Positions 40,710 through 50,688 of a DNA stretch of 64,000 nucleotides are shown in pieces (position 1 is the stretch's first letter; each line of letters starts with the position of its first letter). Source of the stretch: Gammaproteobacteria bacterium (GTDB lineage Bacteria > Pseudomonadota > Gammaproteobacteria > UBA1113). The stretch is taken from contig JAJFKH010000104.1 in the NCBI GenBank assembly GCA_021773305.1, positions 1,172 through 65,171 on the forward strand. Direction: 5' to 3'. The notes under the pieces were generated by a model, which ran no database searches, was not told where the DNA came from, and saw only the letters and a list, made by a program, of their open reading frames with translations. The translations under genes and the position numbers were made by a program.

Positions 40710-42113
40710 ATGTTCAAAAAAATCACACAAATACATAAGCCCAGCCAAAAGGTCTACCAGCAGCTCACGCCTCACTACCCTATTTTGCCAACCAAAATTC
40801 TATTGGATAAAAAGCACTTAGGCCAAATTTTATATCGACTGCCCAAAATGGCGAATGCACCGGAAGCCCATTATCAAACACTCTATTACCAGGCCATCAT
40901 TAACTTTACTGAGCATGTCCAGGGGTTACCGGCCTTTAAAATACCCACTTTTGATTATTACGGCGGTATGCTTGATCTTAATATGATTATGGCTTACGAA
41001 AGTCTATTGCAATTTCGCAAAGAATATCCTTTAAAGCAAACAAAGCCAGAGGAAATGTCCCCTCGACAAGCTCTATTATCTTATGCGGTTTTTACTGCAG
41101 GATTGCTCTACGGTGTTGGCCATCTTGCCGCAAGTTATATAATCACCGTTTGTGACGCAAAAGGTCATCACATCCAACGGTGGTCTATCTTCGATAAACC
41201 CATGAGGTATTTCAATGATCATTATCGCTTTAGCCAAGATCCTCGCAACCGAGATGCATTGGCTTCACGCATAGCACCCATTCTTGCCAGGCAATTCTTG
41301 CCCAAACAAGGCTTTGACTGGATCGCCAGCGATAAAGAAATCTTCGAAGCCTGGCTTGCTGCCATACAAGGAGATGAGCGAGGCGGCGGCATTTTTGCAA
41401 AAATCATTCTGCATATTTGGGATGATCTGATTAACGATCCCGAAGCCATTATCGGCTTAATCAATATTTCCTTACCCCATGATTTTTTTGAGCAGCAAGA
41501 AGGAAAAAATGCTGATTTCTTCAAAATAGAAGATCATGAACATGACCATTCAGCGATTGATGACGCACCCGACAAAGGTAAAGAAAAGCTCTATATTCCA
41601 GGCTCTAAAAAAGGTGTGCCTTTTGCTGATCTGGACATTATTGGCATATCAAACATTGAAATTGGAGAATTTTTTATTCAATGGCTACGCATTGGCATTA
41701 AGGGACATAGCGTCAATATCAATCGTGGAAATTCGATGATCCACGTAATTGATGGTGGGCGTATTGCTATTAGCCCAGAGATTATTCAAGAATTTATTAA
41801 TACCAACAAACAGCTCGGGGCAAAAAGTTGGCAGCAAGTGCAAAAAAGTTTAGAAAAAAATGGTTACATTGAACAGAGTAGTTTTGCTCAACAAAAACAA
41901 TCTACGGCACAAAAAATCCACCTGCCTTCTGGCACTGGAAAATCTGGCTCTGGTACGAAAGCTATTGTCATGGATGCCACCGTCATATTTAACGGTACGA
42001 AAACACCCGGGATCAGCCAAGAACTAAATCTCAATGTGCCTCCGCCTATCAGTAGCTATCCTCCAACAGTTGGCCCTGGTATCTCGCCCTCAGGCCCTGC
42101 TCCGGTAAAATAG
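40710..42113 (+). CDS. Hypothetical protein (467 aa); possible TraI_2 (MOBH relaxase N-domain)-like fold with non-canonical active-site residues
   Basis: Segments LPAFKIPTFDYYGGMLD and GLLYGVGHLAASYIITVCDAKG recall the LPASE-HHH-GG and GLLHDVGK blocks of MOBH relaxases, but the His/Asp are replaced. This is tentative and from memory. Confidence 0.4.
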   Translation: MFKKITQIHKPSQKVYQQLTPHYPILPTKILLDKKHLGQILYRLPKMANAPEAHYQTLYYQAIINFTEHVQGLPAFKIPTFDYYGGMLDLNMIMAYESLLQFRKEYPLKQTKPEEMSPRQALLSYAVFTAGLLYGVGHLAASYIITVCDAKGHHIQRWSIFDKPMRYFNDHYRFSQDPRNRDALASRIAPILARQFLPKQGFDWIASDKEIFEAWLAAIQGDERGGGIFAKIILHIWDDLINDPEAIIGLINISLPHDFFEQQEGKNADFFKIEDHEHDHSAIDDAPDKGKEKLYIPGSKKGVPFADLDIIGISNIEIGEFFIQWLRIGIKGHSVNINRGNSMIHVIDGGRIAISPEIIQEFINTNKQLGAKSWQQVQKSLEKNGYIEQSSFAQQKQSTAQKIHLPSGTGKSGSGTKAIVMDATVIFNGTKTPGISQELNLNVPPPISSYPPTVGPGISPSGPAPVK

Positions 42114-42125
42114 TATCCGCACAGC

Positions 42126-43466
42126 TTAACTAACTCTTTCCGGCAGATCTCGATGCATCCATTTAGACCAAACATAAAACGGCGCGCAGCCAAACAAGAG
42201 AATGCTACCATAGAAAACCATATGACTACCGGAAGCCATAATTGACCAAAATGAATAGCTAAAAGCAAGCAAGCAGATAATAATCGATTTAGCTAAACGC
42301 TGTTTGCTAAATATCTCAGGATATTTTACAAATATTACCAGCTCTGAAATGGTTGAATAAAAATAAGTAATTAAAAATGCCAGCACAGAATATTCAATCA
42401 TACCCGTAAATTGGCTGGCCAACTTATTATTAAAATTCATAGCAATCATACCTGTAATAATCAAGCCCGAAAAAATCAATCCTCGTACCGGTGTGTTGCG
42501 CTTAGAGAGTTTAGCGAAAAATTTAGGGAAAAGCCCATCGTTAGACGCTGCCATTGGAATTTCCGCTTGGAGAAAAACCCAACCTATTGTAGAACTAAAG
42601 CAAGATAAAATTGCGGCCAATGCGACAACTTGTCCCGCCCAGTGACCTTTGAAAATCACTTCCGCCGCGTCACTAAAAGGTGCGGCAGAATCCACTAATA
42701 TCACTTGAGAAATCACTCCCATCACCACAATAGTACTCAAGATGTAAACCACCGCAGCAATCAGCGTTCCAAGAATGGTTGCTAAGGGAATAATTTTCTC
42801 TGGATTTTTCACATGCTCCGCAGGAACCGTCGCCGACTCTAACCCTAAAAATGCCCATAATGTCATCATCGCTGCACCAGAAAATGCAGTAAAATTACTG
42901 TGACTTGTAACATTAAAGGATGTCCATAACTGATCCCAATGAACCCAAAATAATCCGACCGTTGCAATGATGATGAGAGGTATTAATTTCAAAATCGTTG
43001 TCACCACCTGAATCATACCCACTTGTTTAACGCCCCAGATATTAATGAGTGTAATAATCCAAATAATCCCAATCCCAAGACTCAACGATACTATATGGTT
43101 TTTATCTAGCTCTGGATAAAATACAGATAAATAAGACATCAGTGCAATAATAGTGGCTGCATTAGAAATCATCACTGCAATCCAATAGCAAAATGCGACC
43201 TGAAAGCCAATAAAATCTCCTAATCCTTCTCGACAAAACGCATAAGGGCCTCCACTGCGCGGTAAATCTCGACTGAGTTTTGCAAACACAAGAGATAATA
43301 AAATGGCTCCCATTGCCGTGAATATCCAACTTAAAATACTCACACTGCCAAACATAGCCAGAGATGTTGGTAAAAGAAAGATACCCGATCCAATCATGTT
43401 GCCAACAACAAGAGAAATACAAGTACCAAGACCAAAAACTTTACCTGAACGCTGAAGATCCGCCAT
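42126..43466 (-). CDS. APC-superfamily basic amino acid/polyamine antiporter (CadB/PotE/AdiC-like)
   Basis: 12-TM APC pattern with an N-terminal GIGSGIFLLP-like motif. Confidence 0.85.
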   Translation of the reverse strand: MADLQRSGKVFGLGTCISLVVGNMIGSGIFLLPTSLAMFGSVSILSWIFTAMGAILLSLVFAKLSRDLPRSGGPYAFCREGLGDFIGFQVAFCYWIAVMISNAATIIALMSYLSVFYPELDKNHIVSLSLGIGIIWIITLINIWGVKQVGMIQVVTTILKLIPLIIIATVGLFWVHWDQLWTSFNVTSHSNFTAFSGAAMMTLWAFLGLESATVPAEHVKNPEKIIPLATILGTLIAAVVYILSTIVVMGVISQVILVDSAAPFSDAAEVIFKGHWAGQVVALAAILSCFSSTIGWVFLQAEIPMAASNDGLFPKFFAKLSKRNTPVRGLIFSGLIITGMIAMNFNNKLASQFTGMIEYSVLAFLITYFYSTISELVIFVKYPEIFSKQRLAKSIIICLLAFSYSFWSIMASGSHMVFYGSILLFGCAPFYVWSKWMHRDLPERVS

Positions 43467-43496
43467 TGTTAATTACCAAACCCTTATGTTGAATAA

Positions 43497-44516
43497 TCAA
43501 ATACCACGAGTATATTCCGATTTCAAAGAACGATGCAGTAGATTCGCTACAGCCTGTTCCACCGTTAACTCTCCTGCAAGAATATAATAAATTTGTTCGC
43601 AAATTGGCATTTCAACTTGATACTGTTGCATCAGTGTATAAAGTTGCTCTGCTGTTTTAATGCCTTCAACGACTTGACCAATTTCTTGTTGCGCGTCATC
43701 CATGGTTTTCATTTTACCCAGCGCAAAACCAAAACGCCGATTTCGTGAAAGATCATCCGTGCACGTTAAGACTAAATCACCCAATCCAGTTAACCCAACA
43801 AAGGTCTCCGCTTGAGCGCCCATTGCGTGTCCCAAACGAATCATCTCAGCCAAACCTCGGGTTATCAATGCACTGCGTGCGTTGGCACCGTACCCTAAAG
43901 CATCTGAAACACCTGTTGCAATAGCCAATACATTTTTCACAGCCCCACCAATTTGCACACCAATGATGTCTTGATTGGTATACATCCGCAATACTTCGCT
44001 GGAAAATTCCCGTGCAATTTCTTGGGCAAAATCATCATGAGAAGAAGCAACCGCAACAGCAGTAGGTAAACCCTTTGCAACTTCCTTAGCAAAACTAGGC
44101 CCAGAAATAATGGCTTTTTTAACTGTGCTCCCTAAAATTTCATCTGCGACTTGGTGCAATAGTTGATGGCTATCCGGATCAATACCCTTGGTTGCCCAAA
44201 GCAACCGCTGCTCCTCATGCCAAAAAGGTTTCAACATTTTCAAAGTACTGCGAAACCCATGACTCGGCACAACTAACAAAACATTAGGCGTATTTTCCAT
44301 GGCTTGTTGTAGGTTCGGAACAATACGCACAAGATCGGGTAACGTATGCTGGGGGAGATATCGTTCATTGATTCGCTTTACAGATATATCTTCTAGGGCA
44401 GCCAGATCTCTACCCCATAAATTTACAGGGATATCGTTATGTGCAAAAGCAATCGCTAAGGCCGTGCCCCATGAACCTGCACCCAAAATAGCAACATGCT
44501 GCTTCTCATCAGGCAT
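43497..44516 (-). CDS. gpsA: NAD(P)H-dependent glycerol-3-phosphate dehydrogenase
   Basis: GAGSWGTALA Rossmann motif and full-length GpsA similarity. Confidence 0.95.
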   Translation of the reverse strand: MPDEKQHVAILGAGSWGTALAIAFAHNDIPVNLWGRDLAALEDISVKRINERYLPQHTLPDLVRIVPNLQQAMENTPNVLLVVPSHGFRSTLKMLKPFWHEEQRLLWATKGIDPDSHQLLHQVADEILGSTVKKAIISGPSFAKEVAKGLPTAVAVASSHDDFAQEIAREFSSEVLRMYTNQDIIGVQIGGAVKNVLAIATGVSDALGYGANARSALITRGLAEMIRLGHAMGAQAETFVGLTGLGDLVLTCTDDLSRNRRFGFALGKMKTMDDAQQEIGQVVEGIKTAEQLYTLMQQYQVEMPICEQIYYILAGELTVEQAVANLLHRSLKSEYTRGI

Positions 44517-44527
44517 AGGATTGATAT

Positions 44528-45022
44528 CTATGCTTCATGGGGTGTTGCGGACTCTGCGTCCTCTTCTTGCTTTTGCTTCGCCTGAGCATACAGAGCATCA
44601 AAGTTCACCGGTGATAACACCAACTGAGGGAATCCTGCACGCACAACCACATCCGAGATAACTTCTCTAAGGTAAGGAAACAACAAGGTGGGGCAATAAC
44701 TCCCTGCCATATGGTTAAGATGTTCTTTGGAAAAATTCTCCATTGTAAAAACACCTGCCTGTTCTACTTCCACCAAAAAAGCAACCTTCTCTTCTAGCTT
44801 TGCCGTCACCGTGGCTTGCAAAGACACTTCATACACACCGTCTGAAATCTTTCTAGAATTCGTATTTAACGACATGTCTATTTTAGGTTGCCAATTTTCT
44901 TGAAAAATCTCCGGGCTACTCGGTGCTTCCACAGATAAATCTTTCACATACAACCGTTGAATTGCAAATTGCTGTTCACCTTCTTGGCCTTTGCCAGTGG
45001 TTTCGATTGCTTCTTCAGCCAT
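44528..45022 (-). CDS. secB: Protein-export chaperone SecB
   Basis: SecB core FAIQRLYVKDLS(V)EAP, plus the conserved yibN-grxC-secB-gpsA order. Confidence 0.9.
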   Translation of the reverse strand: MAEEAIETTGKGQEGEQQFAIQRLYVKDLSVEAPSSPEIFQENWQPKIDMSLNTNSRKISDGVYEVSLQATVTAKLEEKVAFLVEVEQAGVFTMENFSKEHLNHMAGSYCPTLLFPYLREVISDVVVRAGFPQLVLSPVNFDALYAQAKQKQEEDAESATPHEA

Positions 45023-45290
45023 TACTTTCTCCCTTTTGTGTCAGTAAAACATCTAACTCACCCGCTTGTTCGAGTGCAAATAAATCATCACAACCGCCAA
45101 TGGCTTCATCGCCAATAAATATTTGTGGCACAGTCTTGCCGCCGCCACTTTTTTCAATCATCTGTTCTCGTAAATGAGGTTCTTCATCAACCCGATATTC
45201 AGTGTAAGCAACATCTTTACTATCTAAAAGCTCCTTTGCTCGCAGACAATAAGAACAGGTTGCAGTACCATAAATAACCACTTCATTCAT
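45015..45290 (-). CDS. grxC: Glutaredoxin 3
   Basis: CSYC active site, TVPQIFI and GGCDD motifs. Confidence 0.9.
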   Translation of the reverse strand: MNEVVIYGTATCSYCLRAKELLDSKDVAYTEYRVDEEPHLREQMIEKSGGGKTVPQIFIGDEAIGGCDDLFALEQAGELDVLLTQKGESNG

Positions 45291-45291
45291 A

Positions 45292-45717
45292 TCAACTTTT
45301 CCCTTTTGTTAAAGGCAAACCATCGGTTCGCCAGGAAGCCAAACCACCGGCAAGATACATCACTTGAGCAAAGCCTAATTTACGTAATTTCGCTCCTACC
45401 AGGGCGCTCTGTTGACCAGAGGCATCAATAAGAATCGTGGGTTTCTCTGCTTTCAGCGTTGCAGCTTTTTCCATAACCATTTTTTGAGGTATATTTTTTG
45501 CGCCTAAAATATGTCCAGCAATAAAATCACCCTCGGGACGCATATCGATCAGTTCAACATCACCACGATTCATTAAAGTGGTTAAATTTTGACAGTTGAG
45601 TTTGGGGATCCCAAACTTCACATTAAATAATTCGTTGATCGCTAATAAAATTAATGTGACCAAAAAACCAAGGGATAACATCCAATGGGAAGACAAAAAA
45701 CTAATAAATTGTTCCAT
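45292..45717 (-). CDS. yibN: Rhodanese-domain membrane protein YibN
   Basis: N-terminal TM anchor, a rhodanese fold and synteny with grxC. The ORF-track start at 45798 is a GTG; the Met at 45717 is the likelier start. Confidence 0.7.
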   Translation of the reverse strand: MEQFISFLSSHWMLSLGFLVTLILLAINELFNVKFGIPKLNCQNLTTLMNRGDVELIDMRPEGDFIAGHILGAKNIPQKMVMEKAATLKAEKPTILIDASGQQSALVGAKLRKLGFAQVMYLAGGLASWRTDGLPLTKGKS

Positions 45718-45798
45718 AAGTCGTATACCTATTAAATAATTATTACGTAACCAATTTGCGAATGGGGGGATTATACCAAAAAGTAAGTGGCGAAGCAC

Positions 45799-46360
45799 CT
45801 CCCGGGAGCAGTGTATGTCAAGGCAATTTAAAAATGTCCCCTAGTAGTCCAAAATAGAAATGTCCCCAGGGTCAATATAAAGACACCGCATATTTGGGGC
45901 TAGGCTATACTGAAAATTACGGTACAGGCGGGGACGCCAATGACCGTGACGGAAGTGAGATATGGCGGCTCAATTAGGCCCTGAGAGATCCCCACGAATT
46001 TTCTCAGCTTTTATAAGTTTTTCTTGGATGCCGCGAACAAGTCGCGGCACGTAGGCGGCGGGGGCAAAAGTTTGAGACAGATCTGCAAAAATCGCCCCGA
46101 TTTAAAGACAAAAAGCCCACTGGACGGGGTAAAAAGCTGATATTCATTAGCTGTAATAGCTCATATGTGATCTGACAATTTTACCTGTTCAAACAAGGCC
46201 TTGAGTCTACGCTCCTTCTTACTCATAATCAAATTGTCTCCCATGGGGGTTACCTCCGTGTGTTATTTAGTCATTCACACTTAGGTTATCCCCCCCCTTT
46301 GAGGGACTTTTTTAAGGGGGACATTATCATTTTGGTTCAACACTCCCAGGAGCAGTGTAT
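45799..46360. repeat. 526-bp non-coding segment bounded by 18-bp direct repeats (ctcccgggagcagtgtat / ctcccaggagcagtgtat) and carrying AATGTCCCC motifs in inverted orientation near both ends; contains copy B of the dispersed repeat
   Basis: Direct repeats at 45799-45816 and 46343-46360. AATGTCCCC at 45830 and 45867, and its reverse complement at 46311. Confidence 0.45.
45979..46150 (+). repeat. Dispersed intergenic repeat element, copy B (single 62-bp terminal unit + hairpin gccgcga-acaa-gtcgcggc + conserved core)
   Basis: Aligns to the reverse complement of 32396-32546. Confidence 0.6.
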
Positions 46361-46404
46361 CGTGTTACAATGGCCCTATTATCGACAGTACATCAGCGGA
46401 ATCT

Positions 46405-47961
46405 ATGTCAAAAACGCACTTATTAATTATTCTGGATGGCTTTGGCTACAGAGATGATCCCCAATACAATGCCATAGCAGCAGCGAATACGCCCCACTGG
46501 GACATGCTCTGGGAGCAATATCCTCACACACTTATCCAAGGCTCAGGGGAATATGTCGGTTTACCTCAAGGACAAATGGGAAATTCTGAGGTCGGCCACC
46601 TGAACATAGGTGCAGGGCGTCTTGTTTATCAAGATATCAGCCGCATTGACAAAGCCATCGAGGAAGGTTCTTTTCATAACAATACAGCTCTCCTAAACGC
46701 GATGGATGCGTGCAAAAAAAAATCTTTACATATCATAGGGTTACTTTCTCATGGGGGGGTTCATTCCCATGAACGACATATCCATGAAGCAATCAAAATG
46801 GCTCATAGCCGTGGGGTTGAGACGATTTATTTTCACGGATTTTTGGACGGTAGAGACACCCCCCCTCAAAGTGCCAAAGATGCGATCACCCGTCTCGAAG
46901 CATGCTTCCAAAAACTAGGGTGTGGTAAAATTGCATCCATTATTGGCCGATATTATGCCATGGACAGGGATCATCACTGGGATCGCATCGCAAAAGCCTA
47001 TGACCTACTGGTCAGTGGCAAGGCTGAATTTCATGCTAAAAGTGCTACACAAGCTTTAACTCTGGCTTACGCACGAGGAGAAACCGACGAATTTGTGCAA
47101 GCCACATCCATTCATGGATCGGAAGCATCCCCGGTAAGTATCAATGATGGAGACAGTCTTTTATTCATGAATTTTCGTGCGGATAGGGCAAGACAACTTT
47201 CCCAAGCATTGACCGATCCCAATCTAGATTATTTTCGTCAATACCCAAAACCTAAGTTCTCACACGTTGTTACACTCACACAATATGCCAGTGATTTACA
47301 GGCAATTGCCGCATTTTCTCCCATTTCTCTTGATAATGTTTTAAGTGAATTTCTTTCGAAACAAGGATTAAAGCAATTACACACAGCAGAAACAGAAAAA
47401 TATGCTCATGTCACCTTTTTCTTTAATGGTGGCAGAGAAGCGCCGTTTCCTAATGAAGATCGCCAATTAATTCCTTCTCCTAACGTTGCAACCTACGATT
47501 TGCAGCCTCAGATGCATGCATTTGAACTTACTGACATCATCACAAATGCCATTGAACATAATCAGTACGATGTTATTATTGTCAATTTCGCCAATCCGGA
47601 TATGGTTGGCCATACCGGTAACTTTGGTGCCACAGTAAAAGCCATTGAAGCCATCGATCAATGTATCGGTAAAATTCACCACTGCCTGCAAGCCCACCAG
47701 GGAGAAATGTTTATCACCGCCGATCATGGCAATGCAGATTTAATGTTTGATGCCACCACAGGTCAAACCCACACAGCTCACACCTGCAACCCAGTCCCCC
47801 TGCTTTATGTCGGCAAATCTGGAGAATTTATTGCAGAAAAGGGTGCTCTCTCGGATATTGCACCCACGTTGCTGTATACTATGGGGTACGAACCTCCAGC
47901 TGAAATGACGGGGAATATTCTTTTTAAACTCAATGTTGATGACGTATGGGACGAACAGTAA
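46405..47961 (+). CDS. gpmI: 2,3-bisphosphoglycerate-independent phosphoglycerate mutase
   Basis: LIILDGFG and GNSEVGHLN motifs and full-length GpmI similarity. Confidence 0.95.
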   Translation: MSKTHLLIILDGFGYRDDPQYNAIAAANTPHWDMLWEQYPHTLIQGSGEYVGLPQGQMGNSEVGHLNIGAGRLVYQDISRIDKAIEEGSFHNNTALLNAMDACKKKSLHIIGLLSHGGVHSHERHIHEAIKMAHSRGVETIYFHGFLDGRDTPPQSAKDAITRLEACFQKLGCGKIASIIGRYYAMDRDHHWDRIAKAYDLLVSGKAEFHAKSATQALTLAYARGETDEFVQATSIHGSEASPVSINDGDSLLFMNFRADRARQLSQALTDPNLDYFRQYPKPKFSHVVTLTQYASDLQAIAAFSPISLDNVLSEFLSKQGLKQLHTAETEKYAHVTFFFNGGREAPFPNEDRQLIPSPNVATYDLQPQMHAFELTDIITNAIEHNQYDVIIVNFANPDMVGHTGNFGATVKAIEAIDQCIGKIHHCLQAHQGEMFITADHGNADLMFDATTGQTHTAHTCNPVPLLYVGKSGEFIAEKGALSDIAPTLLYTMGYEPPAEMTGNILFKLNVDDVWDEQ

Positions 47962-49088
47962 AACTAATCGTATTCTGCTTACTTTTTGCATTTGGGATTG
48001 GCACTGGCTATCCAGAAACTACGACGCCCCAAAAACAGCGACTCACAATACTTAAAAATAAAATAACATATTTAAAAAGCAAATTAACTTCTGAAAAGAA
48101 GCAAAAAGATCAGCTTAATACAGAACTGAGAAATACGGAAATTAAAATAGGTCGAATCAATAGCGAATTAAGAACGCTAGAAAAGCGACTGCGCAATCAA
48201 CAACAAAAACTCTCCATCCTACAGCACCAAACTTCAGATGCCCAAGACCATTTGGAAGAACAACAACAAACCATTGCTAAACAAATTAGAATTGCATACA
48301 TGATGAATCGACAAAATCCGATCAAATTAATTCTCAACCAACAAGCGCCAGATAAGATGAGTAGAAGTTTAATTTATTTTAGTTATTTTAATCAGCAGAG
48401 GCAAGATTTAATCACCGAACTGAATCACCAAATTGCTGAGTTAGAGTCGGAAAAACACAGTATCCGTAAAGAAAAAATACAGCTAAATCGATTACAGCAG
48501 GCACAACAAGATCAACAAAAAAATCTAAAAAATAGTAATCACAAACGTGAAGCCTTAATTAAAAAAATTGATTCTCATATTCAAAAACATTCCAGTGAGC
48601 TGACACAGCTTGAAGAAGACAAAAAACAGTTAGAAAAAATATTTGCTCAAATTGCAAAGCAAAGTCAGCCAATTCACAGGCAACGATCTTTTCGTAAAAT
48701 GCGACAATTTCTACCTTGGCCAATGAAAGGACATGTCACTCATCATTTTGGCACAGCGATTGCACATAGTGATCTCAGTTGGAATGGCATTCTTATTAAG
48801 GCTCCAGAAGGTGATCCTGTGCATGGGATCTATCCTGGAAAAGTGGCATTTGCCGATTGGCTAAAAGGGTTTGGTGAATTAGTGATTATTGATCACGGCG
48901 GCGGTTTCATGACACTGTACGGCCGTAATCGCCAAATTTACAAAAAAGTCGGTGATTCTGTCAAAGCCAATGAAATCATAGCGGAAGCAGGGAACAGTGG
49001 CGGCTTTAAAGAATCAGGGTTGTATTTTGAAATTCGGTATAATGGGCAACCATTAAATCCTGAAAAATGGCTAAAAAAACACGGTTAA
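47946..49088 (+). CDS. envC: Murein hydrolase activator EnvC (coiled-coil + LytM/M23 domain)
   Basis: Long coiled coil followed by an M23 domain (DHGGGFMTLYG). Conserved gpmI-envC order. Confidence 0.85.
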   Translation: MGRTVKLIVFCLLFAFGIGTGYPETTTPQKQRLTILKNKITYLKSKLTSEKKQKDQLNTELRNTEIKIGRINSELRTLEKRLRNQQQKLSILQHQTSDAQDHLEEQQQTIAKQIRIAYMMNRQNPIKLILNQQAPDKMSRSLIYFSYFNQQRQDLITELNHQIAELESEKHSIRKEKIQLNRLQQAQQDQQKNLKNSNHKREALIKKIDSHIQKHSSELTQLEEDKKQLEKIFAQIAKQSQPIHRQRSFRKMRQFLPWPMKGHVTHHFGTAIAHSDLSWNGILIKAPEGDPVHGIYPGKVAFADWLKGFGELVIIDHGGGFMTLYGRNRQIYKKVGDSVKANEIIAEAGNSGGFKESGLYFEIRYNGQPLNPEKWLKKHG

Positions 49089-49224
49089 CTCATTAAAAAA
49101 TGTAAACTTTTTAAAAATGGTCCATACTTACCGTATAAAGGCACTAAAAAAATCAGTTAAGCTGCCGATAAGACATCATAAGATGGAAGCAATTTATGCA
49201 CATATTCAGTGCAGGAGATAGAAG

Positions 49225-50568
49225 ATGAAGCATCACAACGCCGCACGGACTTATTGGGTTTTAGGACTTTGTGTAGGACTCGCAACAGGTATCGCAAGTA
49301 CCGTTTACGCTGCAAATAAACAACAGGCAGACAATACATTGCCGATTGAAGATGTACAGCGGTTTAGTTCTGCTATTAGCCAAATTAAAAGTTATTATGT
49401 CGAACCTGTAGACGATCAAGAATTATTTGAAAATGCTATCCGCGGAATGTTATCAGGACTCGATCCCCACTCAGCTTATCTTGATAAAGATGAATATGCC
49501 GAGTTAAAAAGCCACACCAATGGTGAATTTGGTGGATTAGGTATTGAAGTGGGTATGGAAGATGGATACATCCGAGTTGTCAGTCCTATTGATGATACAC
49601 CCGCCTATAAGGCTGGGATCAAATCCGGCGATCTCATTGTCAAGCTGGATGATAAACCCGTAAAAGGCATGACCCTTCGAGAAGCTGTGAATGTTATGCG
49701 AGGCGAAAAAGGCAGCACTTTAAAAATCACAATTTTACGTAAATCAGAAAAACGTTTGCTTAATTTTGATGTAGTACGAGATGTGATCCGCATTAAAAGT
49801 GTAAAAAGCAAGATGCTCGAAGACGGATATGGCTATGTCCGAGTTAGCCATTTCCAAAGTCCCACAGGACGCAATATCGAAAAAGCCGTTGCTAAGCTAA
49901 AAAAACAGTCTAACGGTCATCTTAAAGGATTAGTATTAGATTTGCGAAATAATCCTGGTGGTTTATTAGATTCTGCTGTAGAAGTCTCTGATGTATTTTT
50001 AGATAGCAATCAATTAAAATCAAATGATTTAATTGTCTATACAAAAGGACGGATCCCAGGTGCTGAAATGGAAATTAAAGCTTCCCCTGGCGATCTAATA
50101 AATGGTGTGCCTATCGTTGTCCTTATCAATGAGGGATCGGCTTCTGGATCTGAAATTGTGGCTGGTGCACTACAAGATCACAAGCGCGCTGTGCTCATGG
50201 GAACCAGCACCTTCGGTAAAGGATCCGTGCAAACCGTATTACCCTTGGATAATGATCGAGGTGTAAAACTCACAACAGCTATTTACTACACGCCCGCAGG
50301 CCGCTCCATTCAAGCCAAAGGCATTGAGCCTGATATTACTGTCACGGATATGGAAGTCACCCAAGAAGACGACCCTGATAATTTAGTTGCCGCTATTTTA
50401 AAAGAATCTGATCTTGAAGGACATCTGTCCAATGGTCAAGAGGAAGGGACTAGTGCTAAAAACACCAGTGAGGACGATGCCTCTAAAGAAGCGTTAGCCG
50501 TATCGGACTACCAACTTCATGAAGCATTGAACCTGCTAAAGGCACTGCATATTGTATCAAAAAATTAG
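49225..50568 (+). CDS. ctpA: Carboxy-terminal processing protease (S41, CtpA/Prc-like) with PDZ domain
   Basis: PDZ domain (GDLIVKLDDKPV), the S41 catalytic region GSASGSEI and a Lys further downstream. Confidence 0.9.
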   Translation: MKHHNAARTYWVLGLCVGLATGIASTVYAANKQQADNTLPIEDVQRFSSAISQIKSYYVEPVDDQELFENAIRGMLSGLDPHSAYLDKDEYAELKSHTNGEFGGLGIEVGMEDGYIRVVSPIDDTPAYKAGIKSGDLIVKLDDKPVKGMTLREAVNVMRGEKGSTLKITILRKSEKRLLNFDVVRDVIRIKSVKSKMLEDGYGYVRVSHFQSPTGRNIEKAVAKLKKQSNGHLKGLVLDLRNNPGGLLDSAVEVSDVFLDSNQLKSNDLIVYTKGRIPGAEMEIKASPGDLINGVPIVVLINEGSASGSEIVAGALQDHKRAVLMGTSTFGKGSVQTVLPLDNDRGVKLTTAIYYTPAGRSIQAKGIEPDITVTDMEVTQEDDPDNLVAAILKESDLEGHLSNGQEEGTSAKNTSEDDASKEALAVSDYQLHEALNLLKALHIVSKN

Positions 50569-50584
50569 TCTACAACCTTGGCAC

Positions 50585-50607
50585 ATCAAGCCCCCTCGGG
50601 GCTTGAT
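50585..50607. terminator. GC hairpin (atcaagcccc-ctc-ggggcttgat) between the convergent ctpA and budA-like genes
   Basis: Perfect 10-bp stem. There is no adjacent U-tract, so it is putative. Confidence 0.4.
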
Positions 50608-50688
50608 CAAGTGCCTCAATAGCTTTTTCCAAATCTTGATTCAACCAGGGTTCTAAGTCATCCAACGAGACATGCAGGATTGCAATTT

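Noticed and set aside
45799..46404. Small structured RNA (6S, SRP, tmRNA, RNase P) in the long yibN-gpmI spacer
   Set aside because: None of the conserved signature sequences of these RNAs are present. The region is better explained by the repeat element.
46260..46457. 65-aa ORF spanning the right direct repeat and the gpmI start
   Set aside because: It lies within the repeat-rich non-coding segment and overlaps the well-supported gpmI start. No RBS.
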